This document shows positions 1 to 12,545 of a stretch of 32,000 nucleotides of DNA, one piece after another. The stretch spans positions 960,001 through 992,000 of the forward strand of contig NC_000962.3 in NCBI RefSeq assembly GCF_000195955.2. Direction: 5' to 3'. Under the pieces are notes generated by a model, which was not told where the DNA came from, ran no database searches, and saw only the letters and a list, made by a program, of their open reading frames with translations. The stretch is from Mycobacterium tuberculosis H37Rv (GTDB lineage Bacteria > Actinomycetota > Actinomycetes > Mycobacteriales > Mycobacteriaceae). Made by a program: the position numbers and the translations under genes. Positions within the stretch are counted from its first letter, which is position 1; the number at the start of each line of letters is the position of its first letter.

Positions 1-151
1 CGCGAGCATTCCACAGTGCCAGCGGTGTGATGCGGTAGGTGTGGACATGTTCGGGTGCACGTTCCAGCTCGGCGAACGGCGCGATGGCGGCGCGTGCAGC
101 GCCGGCCAGTTCATGGTCGACTTCCAACAGCACCGTCTTATCGGACTGCAC
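1..151 (-). CDS. ercC3: N-terminal part of XPB/ERCC3-like DNA helicase (Rv0861c), truncated by window start
   Basis: Reverse complement from GTG at 151 reads [49 protein letters not shown], open to the window edge; matches my memory of the M. tuberculosis XPB N-terminus. Absent from the supplied ORF track. Confidence 0.88.
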   Translation of the reverse strand, partial: MQSDKTVLLEVDHELAGAARAAIAPFAELERAPEHVHTYRITPLALWNAR

Positions 152-167
152 TATCAATGGTCCGTCA

Positions 168-323
168 GTCAATGGCGCCGCTCCTCCTCATCGCTGCGCT
201 CTGCATCGTCGCCGGCGGTAGTCAATGGCGCCGCTCCTCCTCATCGCTGCGCTCTGCATCGTCGCCGGCGGTAGTCAATGGCGCCGCTCCTCCTCATCGC
301 TGCGCTCTGCATCGTCGCCGGCG
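168..323. repeat. Three tandem copies of a 53-bp unit (starts at 168, 221, 274; last copy lacks about 3 bp); mycobacterial interspersed repetitive unit, MIRU10 locus
   Basis: Unit gtcaatggcgccgctcctcctcatcgctgcgctctgcatcgtcgccggcggta is repeated exactly with period 53; size, sequence and location between Rv0861c and Rv0862c fit MIRU10. Confidence 0.95.
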
Positions 324-341
324 CGGGGGTCATGGGCTCCA

Positions 342-2612
342 TTATCGGTCGTGGGCCGACACCACCAACGTGATGCGGTGGATGGCGAAGTCACGCAGTC
401 GCCCGGATGACGAGTCGAACGCCACCAGCTGGCCGCCCCGTAGCGTGATCGGTGCGACCACCCGCTGAGTGGCAACGCCGGCGGCATCGAGGTAGCTGAT
501 CACCAAGGTGGCCTGGTCCTTGGCCGCGCGCTGCAACAGCGACATGGTGACCGCCGGGTCGACGCGGACATTAGCGAACGGCGCTGCGGTCACCTCACGC
601 AGCACGGCAACCACGGCTTTCAACGCCTCGCTATTGGGTCTCGGCGGCGGTCGGTATGGCCGGCGCCGTTGCGGTGTGGGCACCCGGGCGCCGCGGGTTC
701 GCACGTCGACAACGGCTCCGGTGGAATCTTCGGCGGCCGGGGCAAAGCCCGCGCCGCGCAACGTGACGAGGACTTCGGATATCGGAGCGGGGGACACCGC
801 CACCGTTGGGGCCAGGGCCCGCAGTGCCAGCCCGTCGGCTTCGGGCGCCGCCACGACCTGGGCCAGTAGCGTTGGGTCCTCGCACCGCACGAACGATGCG
901 GCCATGCCGATCCGAAGCTGGCCGTGCCGGCGCGCGACATCGTCGATGAGATATGTAAGCCCTTGTGGTACAGGAGTTTTAGAACGATTTGCGAAGAATT
1001 CCTGCAACCAGTCGCGGGACTTGCCGACATCGAGGGCATGCCGGATCGACTGCTCGCTGACGCGGTACACCATCGCCGTGCCGGCCGATTCCACGGTGGC
1101 GACGGTGGTCAGGTCGTCGGCCAGTTCGCGCTGCAGCGGCCCTGGCACCACGACGGTCAGGTCGGCCTGCACCAGGAAGTGATCGATGGGCTTGGGCAGC
1201 GCCCGAGCCATCACGCCGACCGCGGCGGCAGGGGCAGTAGCTGGCTCTAAGGCCTCGTCCAACAGTGCGCGAGCAGGCGTGCTGATCGCCCCGCGCCCCA
1301 CCAGACCCAGCGCATGGCCCTCTGTCAGCAGATCCGCGATAGGCGCAGGTTGCAATCGCCTGGCCCAACGTGGGCGGCGCCAGATCAGTGTCGCCGACGC
1401 CCGGGACGCATCGACGCCGGCGCCGGCGGGCAGCTCGGCGAGCATGCCTAGCAATAGCCGGCGATCCAGTGGGGCCGCCGTGGAGAACAGCGAATCCGAC
1501 AGGGCGCCATAGGGTTTGGCGTCGGGTCCGCGGGTACCGATTAACGCCGGCCGGCCCGGAAGGTCAAGCCAGGCGCTGGCCAGCAAGTGCCAACGCTCGG
1601 CGGGTGACATCGTGGCGAATCGATCGGCGGCCACCGTTGGCGCCCAAAAAGGTCCGTCACTGTGGGGCGGTTCGGGATCGGGCATGCCGCTGGCGATCAG
1701 TCCAGCCGCGGCCGCAATCTCGAGGATTAGGCCCAGCCGCGGCTCGTCGATTCCCGTTGCCTTGGCCAGCCGCTTGAATTCACGAACCCCCAGTCCGCCG
1801 CTGCGTAGTTCGGCAACCGGTGTGGCGCCGAGGTTTTCGAGCAGTACGTCGACTTCACGCAGTAGGTCGATGACGGCTCCGGCCGCCGCAGCGTCGGCGT
1901 CGTCGGGTGTGGTGGTGGAAACTACCGGGTCCGGCGCGGTCAACTCCATCGGACCGGGTTGTTCGCCGCGCAGCACCTGCCCGACGTGGCGGGGCAAGAT
2001 CACCGTTTCGGCATCGATTCGTCGCAGCAAGCCCATCGCCAGCAACCGCGGCACGGGTCGATCAGATGGCGCGCCGGGTGCGGCGTCGCGAGTGCGCCCC
2101 ACGGGTGACCCTTGGAGCAATTTGTCCAGAACGTCACGCTGCGCGGGGTCGAGGCCGGCGATCAGGTCGGCGAGCTGATCCCCGGAACGCGAACTTCCCT
2201 CGAGGGTGACCTGGCCGGGATGCCACGGCAACGCCGTACCTGCGTCTGTCGCCACCCGGACTGCGGTCTCGCCCCAGGCCAGGGCACGTTGTTTAAGGTC
2301 AGCCAGCGCGCCAAGCACGTCGGCTTGGGCGGCGCGGTCGCCGATCACTGCCAGCAGCCGGACGATCGGCACCGGTGCGGTATCTGCCTGCAGCACCAGC
2401 AGTGCGTCGAACACCGCCAGCCGCAGGAAGTCGAGCTCGTCGGTGGCCGCCTTGACCGACTGGCGGGCCTGGGCACGGGCGGCCAGCGCGGCGATGCTGC
2501 CGGGTGGTGGCTGGGCAAGGTCGGGCCGCAGCTCCAACAGCTGGGTCAGCCGTTCATCGGGCAAGGCGGCCAGCCAGGACCCCAGCGGGATATCCGGGGT
2601 GTGTTCGGTCAT
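342..2612 (-). CDS. Conserved protein (Rv0862c) related to the XPB/Ssl2 N-terminal / helicase-associated domain family
   Basis: 756-aa [39 protein letters not shown]...; family assigned by recall. Confidence 0.85.
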   Translation of the reverse strand: MTEHTPDIPLGSWLAALPDERLTQLLELRPDLAQPPPGSIAALAARAQARQSVKAATDELDFLRLAVFDALLVLQADTAPVPIVRLLAVIGDRAAQADVLGALADLKQRALAWGETAVRVATDAGTALPWHPGQVTLEGSSRSGDQLADLIAGLDPAQRDVLDKLLQGSPVGRTRDAAPGAPSDRPVPRLLAMGLLRRIDAETVILPRHVGQVLRGEQPGPMELTAPDPVVSTTTPDDADAAAAGAVIDLLREVDVLLENLGATPVAELRSGGLGVREFKRLAKATGIDEPRLGLILEIAAAAGLIASGMPDPEPPHSDGPFWAPTVAADRFATMSPAERWHLLASAWLDLPGRPALIGTRGPDAKPYGALSDSLFSTAAPLDRRLLLGMLAELPAGAGVDASRASATLIWRRPRWARRLQPAPIADLLTEGHALGLVGRGAISTPARALLDEALEPATAPAAAVGVMARALPKPIDHFLVQADLTVVVPGPLQRELADDLTTVATVESAGTAMVYRVSEQSIRHALDVGKSRDWLQEFFANRSKTPVPQGLTYLIDDVARRHGQLRIGMAASFVRCEDPTLLAQVVAAPEADGLALRALAPTVAVSPAPISEVLVTLRGAGFAPAAEDSTGAVVDVRTRGARVPTPQRRRPYRPPPRPNSEALKAVVAVLREVTAAPFANVRVDPAVTMSLLQRAAKDQATLVISYLDAAGVATQRVVAPITLRGGQLVAFDSSSGRLRDFAIHRITLVVSAHDR

Positions 2613-2880
2613 TGCTGATCAGCGTAGGCCGGACCAGCCTTGTGGCGTGGGCGGGTGCAAGACCTGTCAGAATGGTTTCGTGGCTGACATTGCTGAAGGT
2701 AAGGCACGCAAGACCAGGTACGTGGACCATGGTTGGCCGACCACCGATCCAGACGACCATGCGGTGAGCGAACTCGTGACCGACCGCACGGGTGCGCTAT
2801 CACCCTTCGGTGAATTGACGTTCCCGGTACCGTCCGACGACCTGCCCTACATCCACCCGGTGACCGTCATCAATCGGTAA
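2599..2880 (+). CDS. Small conserved hypothetical protein (Rv0863)
   Basis: GTG at 2599, 93 aa, ...[60 protein letters not shown]; in-frame alternative GTG start at 2680. Confidence 0.75.
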   Translation: MCSVIADQRRPDQPCGVGGCKTCQNGFVADIAEGKARKTRYVDHGWPTTDPDDHAVSELVTDRTGALSPFGELTFPVPSDDLPYIHPVTVINR

Positions 2881-2889
2881 GCCGCCAGG

Positions 2890-3389
2890 ATGGCCAGGGC
2901 TTCTGGGGCATCCGACTACCGCTCGGGCGAGCTGTCGCACCAGGATGAGCGGGGGGCAGCGCACATGGTCGATATCACCGAGAAGGCAACCACGAAGCGA
3001 ACAGCCGTTGCCGCGGGCATCTTACGTACCTCGGCGCAGGTGGTGGCGCTGATCTCGACTGGCGGGCTGCCCAAAGGGGATGCGCTGGCCACCGCGCGGG
3101 TGGCGGGCATTATGGCGGCCAAGCGCACCAGCGACCTGATCCCGCTGTGCCATCAACTCGCGCTTACCGGAGTCGACGTCGATTTCACCGTCGGCCAGTT
3201 GGATATCGAGATCACAGCGACGGTACGCAGTACCGACCGAACGGGCGTCGAGATGGAAGCGCTGACCGCTGTCAGCGTGGCCGCCCTCACGCTCTACGAC
3301 ATGATCAAGGCGGTCGATCCGGGCGCGCTTATCGATGACATCCGGGTGCTCCACAAAGAAGGCGGTCGTCGCGGGACCTGGACGAGGCG

Positions 3390-3393
<4 letters not shown>
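2890..3393 (+). CDS. moaC2: Molybdenum cofactor biosynthesis protein C, cyclic pyranopterin monophosphate synthase (Rv0864)
   Basis: MoaC features: [44 protein letters not shown]. Confidence 0.96.
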
Positions 3394-4294
<901 letters not shown>

Positions 4295-4311
4295 AGTCCG
4301 GCCTCAGCCCG

Positions 4312-5538
<1,227 letters not shown>

Positions 5539-5560
5539 TTAGGTAATTCCTCTCGGTACA

Positions 5561-5768
5561 CGCCTACGAGGTCAGCTGTCGGGTTCGGGTTGGATTCGCC
5601 GTGGAGAGGATCACCCGGCCGCGGTCGTACATCGGCGAACGACGTTGGCTTCACCCCAAGGAGCCGTATGCGGCTCCGGTCCGATCTCGGCGGACCTGGT
5701 GGGTCCCCCGCCTCCATCCGCGGTCGGAATCCCTCGCCCACTGGATGGAGTTCGGCGTGCTATCGGCG
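5561..5768 (-). promoter_or_regulatory. ydaO-yuaA type (cyclic di-AMP) riboswitch in the rpfA 5' leader
   Basis: Minus strand carries CGCCGAT...GGGGGACCCACC...GGGGTGAAGCCAA...CCGGGTGATC...AACCCGAACCCGACAGCTGACCTCGTAGGCG, matching conserved ydaO elements; terminal CGCC/GGCG can pair. Confidence 0.88.
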
Positions 5769-5892
5769 AGGGAGGGCACGTCATTTTGGGTTAGGTTGAC
5801 GAGCCTCCCGAGACGGTAGCGGTTTCAGGCGATTCCGTCACGTTTAAGAAAAGTCGGCGTTTCCGTCACAATCGCCGGCAAGAACGCCAAGA

Positions 5893-5898
5893 AATATA
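5893..5898 (-). promoter_or_regulatory. Candidate -10 element (TATATT) for the long rpfA leader transcript
   Basis: Minus strand GCCTATATTTC about 125 nt upstream of the riboswitch. Confidence 0.35.
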
Positions 5899-5961
5899 GG
5901 CATTTGCGCAGGTAGTAAGCCCTCGCAATCGGAGCGTGTCCGCCCCGTTATCGTTCCGTTA

Positions 5962-5977
5962 TGTGGGTAATGTCACA
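5962..5977. promoter_or_regulatory. CRP-type binding site upstream of rpfA
   Basis: TGTGGGTAATGTCACA against consensus TGTGA-N6-TCACA (9/10 of defined positions). CRP (Rv3676) control of rpfA is established as I recall. Confidence 0.75.
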
Positions 5978-5982
5978 TGGCC

Positions 5983-6261
5983 TTAGCCGCCGGCGAAAGG
6001 GGGTAGTACGTCAATCGTGTCGCCGGCGGATAACGCGACGGCGTCATCTCGGACGACAATCCCGTCGCGCAGGTAGGAGCATCGACTCAACACCGTCGCG
6101 AGGCGAACATCGCGGACCGACAGGCCGTCTATCAGCTCGGCGACTGTGGCGCCAGATCGCAGGGTGACTTTCTCCGACCCGGCACCAGCGGCCGCTCGGG
6201 CGGCCGCGAAGTAGCGGACAGTCACCTGAATTCCGGCGGATTCGTCGGACACCTGCGTCAC
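5983..6261 (-). CDS. moaD2: Molybdopterin synthase small subunit (Rv0868c)
   Basis: 92 aa, ubiquitin-fold-like, ends in GG (DTIDVLPPFAGG). Confidence 0.94.
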   Translation of the reverse strand: MTQVSDESAGIQVTVRYFAAARAAAGAGSEKVTLRSGATVAELIDGLSVRDVRLATVLSRCSYLRDGIVVRDDAVALSAGDTIDVLPPFAGG

Positions 6262-6264
6262 CGG

Positions 6265-7347
6265 TTAGCCACCGATCGCGCTCATCGGGCGGTCGGGCTG
6301 AATGAAATCGGGGGCGTTGATGCCGTGGCCGGCGGGTTTGCTCCACATCGCGGCACGCCATGCCGCCTCGATCGCGTCGTCGTCAGCACCGCCGCGCAGT
6401 AGGCGGCGCAGGTCGGTCTCCTCGGTGGAGAACAGACAGCTGCGGATCTGGCCATCGGCGGTCAGCCGGGTGCGGTCGCACGTCGAACAGAAGGCGTGCG
6501 ACACCGAGGCGATGACACCGAACCGTCCGCGTGGCGTGTTCGGTCCGGCGTCGACCAGCCAGAGTTCGGCCGGGGCCGAACCGCGCGGTGCCGGGTCGGG
6601 CCGTAGCCGGAAGTGGGGCCGCAGCGCCGCCAGCACGTCGTCGGCGCTCAGTGCGATGTTCCGCCGCCAGCTATGCCCCGCGTCCAGCGGCATCTGCTCG
6701 ATGACTCGCAATTGATAACCGCGCTCTAGGCAGAACCTCAGCAGGTCGACGACATCCTCGCGGCCGGTCGTGGGGTCGAGGACGGCGTTCACCTTGACGG
6801 GTGTCAACCCGGCTGCCTTGGCGGCGGCCAAGCCGGCCAGCACATGCGCAAGCCGGTCCCGACGGGTGATAGCAGCGAAGTGGGCGCGGTCGATGCTATC
6901 CAGCGAGACGTTGACCCGGTCCAGGCCCGCTTCGGCCAGGGCGCCCGCCCGCCGCGCCAGTCCCACCCCGTTGGTGGTCAGCGAGATCTCCGGGCGCGGC
7001 CGCAGCCTAGCTGTCGCTGCGACCACCTCGTCGAGGTGGTGGGCCAATAGCGGCTCGCCGCCGGTGAACCGCACGCTGGTGACGCCGAGCCGAGTTACCG
7101 CGATGTGTATCAGCCTGGCCAGTTCGTCGGGCCGCAGCAGTTGCTCGCCGGGCAGCCACCTCAGCCCTCGCTCAGGCATGCAGTAGCTGCACCGCAGGTT
7201 GCAGCGGTCGGTTAGCGACACCCGCAGATCGTTGGCGACCCGGCCGAACGTGTCCACCAAAGGGCCAGTGGTGGGTACGACCCGCGGGTCGGCAATGCCG
7301 TTGGTGCGGCTGCGCAGCGCCGGCATGCCCAGCGCGGTCAGTGTCAT
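6265..7347 (-). CDS. moaA2: GTP 3',8-cyclase, radical SAM (Rv0869c)
   Basis: CNLRCSYCMPE radical SAM motif, C-terminal CSTCDRTRLTADGQIRSC cluster, terminal GG. Start at ATG 7347 (360 aa), not the 496-aa maximal ORF. Confidence 0.96.
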   Translation of the reverse strand: MTLTALGMPALRSRTNGIADPRVVPTTGPLVDTFGRVANDLRVSLTDRCNLRCSYCMPERGLRWLPGEQLLRPDELARLIHIAVTRLGVTSVRFTGGEPLLAHHLDEVVAATARLRPRPEISLTTNGVGLARRAGALAEAGLDRVNVSLDSIDRAHFAAITRRDRLAHVLAGLAAAKAAGLTPVKVNAVLDPTTGREDVVDLLRFCLERGYQLRVIEQMPLDAGHSWRRNIALSADDVLAALRPHFRLRPDPAPRGSAPAELWLVDAGPNTPRGRFGVIASVSHAFCSTCDRTRLTADGQIRSCLFSTEETDLRRLLRGGADDDAIEAAWRAAMWSKPAGHGINAPDFIQPDRPMSAIGG

Positions 7348-7733
7348 GTGGGCACCTGTGAGTTGACCCCGACGATGTCCTTGCCCAGCGGCACCAGCGA
7401 CACCGGGATCAGTTTCAAGTTGGCCAGTGCTAGCGGAATGCCGATGATCGTGACTGCCATTGCCGCGGCACTCACCAAATGCCCGAGGGCCAGCCAGATC
7501 CCGAACAGCAGCACCCAGATGACGTTGCCGATCAAGGCCCCGGTCCCGGCGGTTGGCTTTTCGACGATCGTCCGGCCGAACGGCCACAACGCGTACGACG
7601 CGATGCGCAGCGCCGCGAAGCCAAACGGAATGGTGATGATGAGCAGGAAGCAGACAAGCGACGCCAGCAGGTACCCGAGGGCCAGCCAGAGGCCACCGAA
7701 CACCAACCAGATAACGTTCAGGATTAGTCGCAT
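7344..7733 (-). CDS. YccF-like integral membrane protein (Rv0870c)
   Basis: 129 aa hydrophobic protein, NVIWLVFGGLWLALGYL...NVIWVLLFGIWLALGHL; 4-bp overlap with moaA2. Confidence 0.88.
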   Translation of the reverse strand: MRLILNVIWLVFGGLWLALGYLLASLVCFLLIITIPFGFAALRIASYALWPFGRTIVEKPTAGTGALIGNVIWVLLFGIWLALGHLVSAAAMAVTIIGIPLALANLKLIPVSLVPLGKDIVGVNSQVPT

Positions 7734-7768
7734 ATCGCCTCCAGCGGTAGCGCAAGCCTACCGCGTGA

Positions 7769-8305
<537 letters not shown>

Positions 8306-8423
8306 CGGGGTCGGGTGGTGCGCTGGCCCAATTGCGCCGAGCTGGCAACGCCGCGCCGTTCCAGGGTCACGGTCGGATCGATTCCGCCGCACTCGGTTTG
8401 ACGAGACGACGACCGGCTAGCAG

Positions 8424-10244
8424 TTAGCCGGGTTGGCCGGCGCTGCCCGGGCTGCCGCCCATGCCGGGATTGCCGTCGGTGGTTTTCCCGTCGCCGCCCG
8501 TGCCGCCCTCACCGCCTGTGCCGCCGGCGCCACCCGCGCCGCCCGCTCCTCCGGCACCAACGCCACCGTCGCTGCCCGCGCGGCCAATCAGCCCGCCGGA
8601 CCCGCCCTTGCCGCCGAGGGCGCCGGGGGCGCCGCCGTTGCCGCCGTTGCCGCCGGTGTTGCCGTTACCGCCAAACGCTGCGCCCGGACCACTGTTGGTG
8701 CCGCCACCACCGGCGCCTCCGGCACCTCCAGCACCACCGGAACCACCAGTACCACCGGCACCGGCCGTGCCGCCGACACCACCGGCGCCGCCGTTGCCGA
8801 TGAGCAGCCCGCCAGCACCCCCGTTACCGCCCTGGCCGCCGATACCGCCTTCGCCACCGGTGCCGAGGGCGCTCGCGCCGTCACCGCCCACACCGCCATC
8901 GCCCCCGAACGCCTTGCGTGAACTGCCGGCGCTGTCGGTGTTGGCGGCACCGCCGTCGCCCCCGGCGCCGCCGCCGCCGCCGGGGGCACCGCTACCACCG
9001 GTACCACCGACTCCGCCCGCGCCGCCGGCGCCGCCGTCGCCGATCAGCAGCCCGCCGCGGCCACCGGCGCCCCCGGTTCCGCCCGCTCCGCCGGTACCGC
9101 CGGAAGCGAAGCTGTCGAAGCCGTTGCCGCCGCTGCCGCCGTTACCGGCTTCCGCGTTGCTGGGAGAATTGGTGCCCACCTGGGCATCCCCGCCTTCGCC
9201 GCCGGCGCCCCCCACACCGCCGGGGGCCTGGGCGTTCCCGCCGGCACCGCCGTTACCTCCTATGGCTGCATTGCCGATGGAAGCGGCGCTGCCGCCGGCG
9301 CCGCCAGCGCCGCCATAGGCGCCCTCACCCCCTTTGCCTCCCTCACCGCCCACGGCGTCGCCGTTGACGGTTGAGACGGCGTTCCCGCCAGACCCGCCAG
9401 CGCCGCCGGACGTCATCGCGTCGCCGGCATCGCCGGGGCCACCGTTACCGCCTATGGCGTTGCCGCCCAGCGTCTGGTCGGTGCCGGTACTGCCGGCATC
9501 AGCGGTGCCGGTGGGTGTGGGGTTGACGCCGTCTGCCCCGGCTGCCCCCATACCGCCCTGCCCGCCCGCGCCGCCAGAACCGAACAGGTAGGCGTTGCCG
9601 CCGGCACCTCCTGCTGCGCCCATACCGCCATTGACGCCGGCCACCCCGGTCCCCCCGAGCCCGCCGGCCCCGCCATTGCCGTATAACCACCCCCCGTTGC
9701 CGCCGACGCCGCCGACCGCGCCGGCCCCTCCGGCCCCCCCGGTCCCGCCGATGCCGATCAACCCGGCGCTGCCGCCGGCTCCGCCGGCTTGGCCGACCCC
9801 GCCGGACCCGCCATTGCCGCCGTTGCCATACAACAAGCCACCCGGCCCGCCGGCCTGCCCGGTACCCGGCGCACCATTGGTGCCGTTGCCGATCAGGGGG
9901 CGCCCGAGCAGCGTCTGCGTGGGCGCGTTGATCACATTCAACGCTTGCTGCAGCGGGGAGGCATTTGCGGCCTCGGCGCTACCATATGCGCCCGCAGCCG
10001 TGCTCAAGGCCTGGATAAACCGTTCATGAAACGCGGCCGCCTGCGTGCCGAGTGTCTGATAGGCCTGGGCGTGCCCGGAAAACAGCGACGCCACCGCTGC
10101 CGACACCTCGTCGGCGCCCGCGGCCAGCACTCCGGTGGTCGGGGCCAGCGCCGCGGCATTGGCCGCGCTCAACGTCGAGCCGATCTGCGCCAAATTGTTT
10201 GCTGCCGCTGCCACCATCTCCGGCGTCGCCAATACATACGACAT
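8424..10244 (-). CDS. PE_PGRS15: PE-PGRS family protein (Rv0872c)
   Basis: PE domain [55 protein letters not shown] followed by GGA/GGN repeats. Confidence 0.96.
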   Translation of the reverse strand: MSYVLATPEMVAAAANNLAQIGSTLSAANAAALAPTTGVLAAGADEVSAAVASLFSGHAQAYQTLGTQAAAFHERFIQALSTAAGAYGSAEAANASPLQQALNVINAPTQTLLGRPLIGNGTNGAPGTGQAGGPGGLLYGNGGNGGSGGVGQAGGAGGSAGLIGIGGTGGAGGAGAVGGVGGNGGWLYGNGGAGGLGGTGVAGVNGGMGAAGGAGGNAYLFGSGGAGGQGGMGAAGADGVNPTPTGTADAGSTGTDQTLGGNAIGGNGGPGDAGDAMTSGGAGGSGGNAVSTVNGDAVGGEGGKGGEGAYGGAGGAGGSAASIGNAAIGGNGGAGGNAQAPGGVGGAGGEGGDAQVGTNSPSNAEAGNGGSGGNGFDSFASGGTGGAGGTGGAGGRGGLLIGDGGAGGAGGVGGTGGSGAPGGGGGAGGDGGAANTDSAGSSRKAFGGDGGVGGDGASALGTGGEGGIGGQGGNGGAGGLLIGNGGAGGVGGTAGAGGTGGSGGAGGAGGAGGGGTNSGPGAAFGGNGNTGGNGGNGGAPGALGGKGGSGGLIGRAGSDGGVGAGGAGGAGGAGGTGGEGGTGGDGKTTDGNPGMGGSPGSAGQPG

Positions 10245-10504
10245 CGCTGTCCTCCCGCAGGGTCTTCGTTGACCGATCGGCTGTTACTAACGTTAGCGCG
10301 AACGCGGGTCGGCGTCTCCAGTTTCTATTTCTTGACATGGAAAAACGGCGGCCCCGACCCTGCCTCAGCGTCGCAGCCGTCGTTGGCGGCGAGCACCGGT
10401 GACCGTGACTTTGGTAGCGGCCCGTCCGCAGTGGGTGCCACGTAGTATTCGGACAGATAGGTAGTGGTAGGCAACCTTCGTGATTCGTCAGCGAGGAGGC
10501 GGCG

Positions 10505-12457
10505 ATGGCACAGCAAACTCAGGTCACCGAGGAGCAAGCGCGGGCCCTTGCCGAGGAATCTCGCGAAAGTGGTTGGGATAAACCGTCCTTCGCCAAAGAA
10601 CTCTTTCTGGGCCGCTTTCCCTTAGGGCTCATACACCCATTTCCCAAGCCGTCGGACGCCGAGGAGGCCCGAACCGAGGCGTTTCTGGTCAAACTGCGGG
10701 AATTCCTCGACACCGTGGACGGCAGCGTCATCGAGCGTGCTGCCCAGATCCCCGACGAGTACGTGAAAGGCCTGGCCGAGCTGGGCTGTTTCGGCTTGAA
10801 GATTCCGTCCGAGTACGGCGGGTTGAACATGTCGCAAGTCGCCTACAACCGCGTGCTGATGATGGTCACGACGGTTCATTCCAGTCTTGGCGCGTTGTTG
10901 TCGGCGCATCAGTCGATCGGGGTACCTGAACCGCTCAAGCTTGCCGGGACTGCGGAACAGAAGCGGCGGTTCCTACCGCGGTGTGCGGCCGGCGCGATAT
11001 CGGCCTTTTTACTAACCGAACCCGATGTGGGCTCCGATCCGGCGCGCATGGCATCGACGGCGACGCCGATCGATGACGGCCAGGCTTACGAGCTTGAGGG
11101 TGTGAAGTTGTGGACCACCAACGGTGTGGTAGCGGACCTGCTAGTGGTTATGGCGCGGGTACCGCGCAGTGAAGGGCACCGAGGGGGAATCAGCGCCTTT
11201 GTCGTCGAGGCTGATTCGCCCGGGATCACCGTGGAGCGGCGCAACAAGTTCATGGGACTGCGTGGCATCGAAAACGGCGTGACCCGGCTTCATCGCGTCA
11301 GGGTGCCCAAAGACAACTTGATCGGCAGGGAAGGCGACGGTCTGAAGATCGCGCTGACCACACTCAACGCCGGACGGCTGTCCCTACCGGCGATCGCAAC
11401 CGGAGTTGCGAAACAGGCGCTGAAGATAGCGCGGGAATGGTCCGTCGAGCGAGTGCAATGGGGCAAGCCGGTTGGCCAACATGAAGCGGTAGCCAGCAAG
11501 ATCTCGTTCATTGCCGCCACCAATTACGCGCTCGATGCGGTGGTCGAGCTGTCCAGTCAGATGGCCGACGAAGGCCGCAACGACATCCGGATCGAGGCTG
11601 CGCTGGCTAAATTGTGGTCCAGTGAGATGGCCTGCCTGGTTGGCGATGAGTTGCTACAGATCCGCGGTGGCCGCGGATACGAGACCGCCGAATCCCTCGC
11701 CGCGCGCGGTGAGCGGGCGGTACCAGTGGAGCAGATGGTGCGGGACCTGCGGATCAACCGGATCTTCGAAGGGTCCAGTGAGATCATGCGGCTGCTCATC
11801 GCGCGTGAAGCGGTCGACGCGCACCTCACTGCCGCGGGTGATCTGGCGAACCCTAAGGCCGATCTGCGGCAGAAGGCCGCGGCGGCGGCCGGCGCCAGCG
11901 GGTTCTACGCGAAGTGGTTGCCGAAGCTGGTTTTCGGCGAAGGCCAACTACCCACGACGTACCGCGAGTTCGGCGCCCTGGCGACACATCTGCGTTTTGT
12001 CGAACGCTCGTCACGCAAATTGGCCCGCAACACCTTCTACGGGATGGCGCGCTGGCAGGCCAGCCTGGAGAAAAAGCAAGGGTTCCTCGGCCGCATCGTG
12101 GATATCGGCGCCGAGCTATTCGCCATCTCCGCGGCGTGTGTGCGCGCCGAGGCGCAGCGAACGGCCGATCCGGTCGAGGGTGAGCAGGCATACGAACTGG
12201 CCGAGGCGTTCTGCCAGCAGGCCACGTTGCGGGTGGAGGCGCTGTTCGACGCGTTGTGGTCCAACACCGACAGCATCGACGTTCGGCTGGCAAACGATGT
12301 GCTGGAGGGCCGCTACACCTGGCTGGAGCAAGGGATACTCGATCAGTCCGAAGGCACCGGACCGTGGATCGCGTCCTGGGAACCGGGTCCATCCACCGAG
12401 GCCAATCTGGCTCGGCGGTTCTTGACGGTGTCGCCATCGAGCGAAGCGAAACTTTAG
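10505..12457 (+). CDS. fadE10: Acyl-CoA dehydrogenase (Rv0873)
   Basis: 650 aa; LTEPDVGSDPARM, NGVVADLLVVMARV, MRDLRINRIFEGSSEIMRLLIAREAV. Confidence 0.96.
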   Translation: MAQQTQVTEEQARALAEESRESGWDKPSFAKELFLGRFPLGLIHPFPKPSDAEEARTEAFLVKLREFLDTVDGSVIERAAQIPDEYVKGLAELGCFGLKIPSEYGGLNMSQVAYNRVLMMVTTVHSSLGALLSAHQSIGVPEPLKLAGTAEQKRRFLPRCAAGAISAFLLTEPDVGSDPARMASTATPIDDGQAYELEGVKLWTTNGVVADLLVVMARVPRSEGHRGGISAFVVEADSPGITVERRNKFMGLRGIENGVTRLHRVRVPKDNLIGREGDGLKIALTTLNAGRLSLPAIATGVAKQALKIAREWSVERVQWGKPVGQHEAVASKISFIAATNYALDAVVELSSQMADEGRNDIRIEAALAKLWSSEMACLVGDELLQIRGGRGYETAESLAARGERAVPVEQMVRDLRINRIFEGSSEIMRLLIAREAVDAHLTAAGDLANPKADLRQKAAAAAGASGFYAKWLPKLVFGEGQLPTTYREFGALATHLRFVERSSRKLARNTFYGMARWQASLEKKQGFLGRIVDIGAELFAISAACVRAEAQRTADPVEGEQAYELAEAFCQQATLRVEALFDALWSNTDSIDVRLANDVLEGRYTWLEQGILDQSEGTGPWIASWEPGPSTEANLARRFLTVSPSSEAKL

Positions 12458-12545
12458 GGCGCCCGCGTGGCCGGTCACGTCCGCGGGGGACCGCCCGAGT
12501 CTCGTCGGGTACCACGCTGGCGCGTATCGCGTCTGGGTGCAGGTT

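Noticed and set aside
168-323. CRISPR array interpretation of the 53-bp repeats
   Set aside because: Units are directly contiguous with no unique spacers; this is a tandem VNTR.
508-1182. Plus-strand ORFs antisense to Rv0862c (508-1182, 1516-2178)
   Set aside because: Shadow ORFs over a confident 756-aa gene.
5781-5805. Possible IdeR box (ggttaggttgacgagcct)
   Set aside because: Only one half-site matches; the other half is too degenerate, and it lies in the riboswitch leader region.
8461-9318. 285-aa proline-rich plus-strand ORF antisense to PE_PGRS15
   Set aside because: Simple complement of GGA/GGN repeats; no independent coding signal.
8424-9900. PGRS repeats as a novel satellite or structural DNA
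   Set aside because: Explained by the coding GGA/GGN repeats of a PE_PGRS protein.
11511-12425. 304-aa ORF in another frame inside fadE10
   Set aside because: Lies fully inside a confident acyl-CoA dehydrogenase gene; composition (PRTAW..., WRAGRPAW) typical of a GC-driven spurious frame.
12458-12545. CCCGCG...CGCGGG stem between fadE10 and Rv0874c as a bidirectional terminator
   Set aside because: Only 6-bp arms with a 14-nt loop and no U-tract; too weak to annotate.
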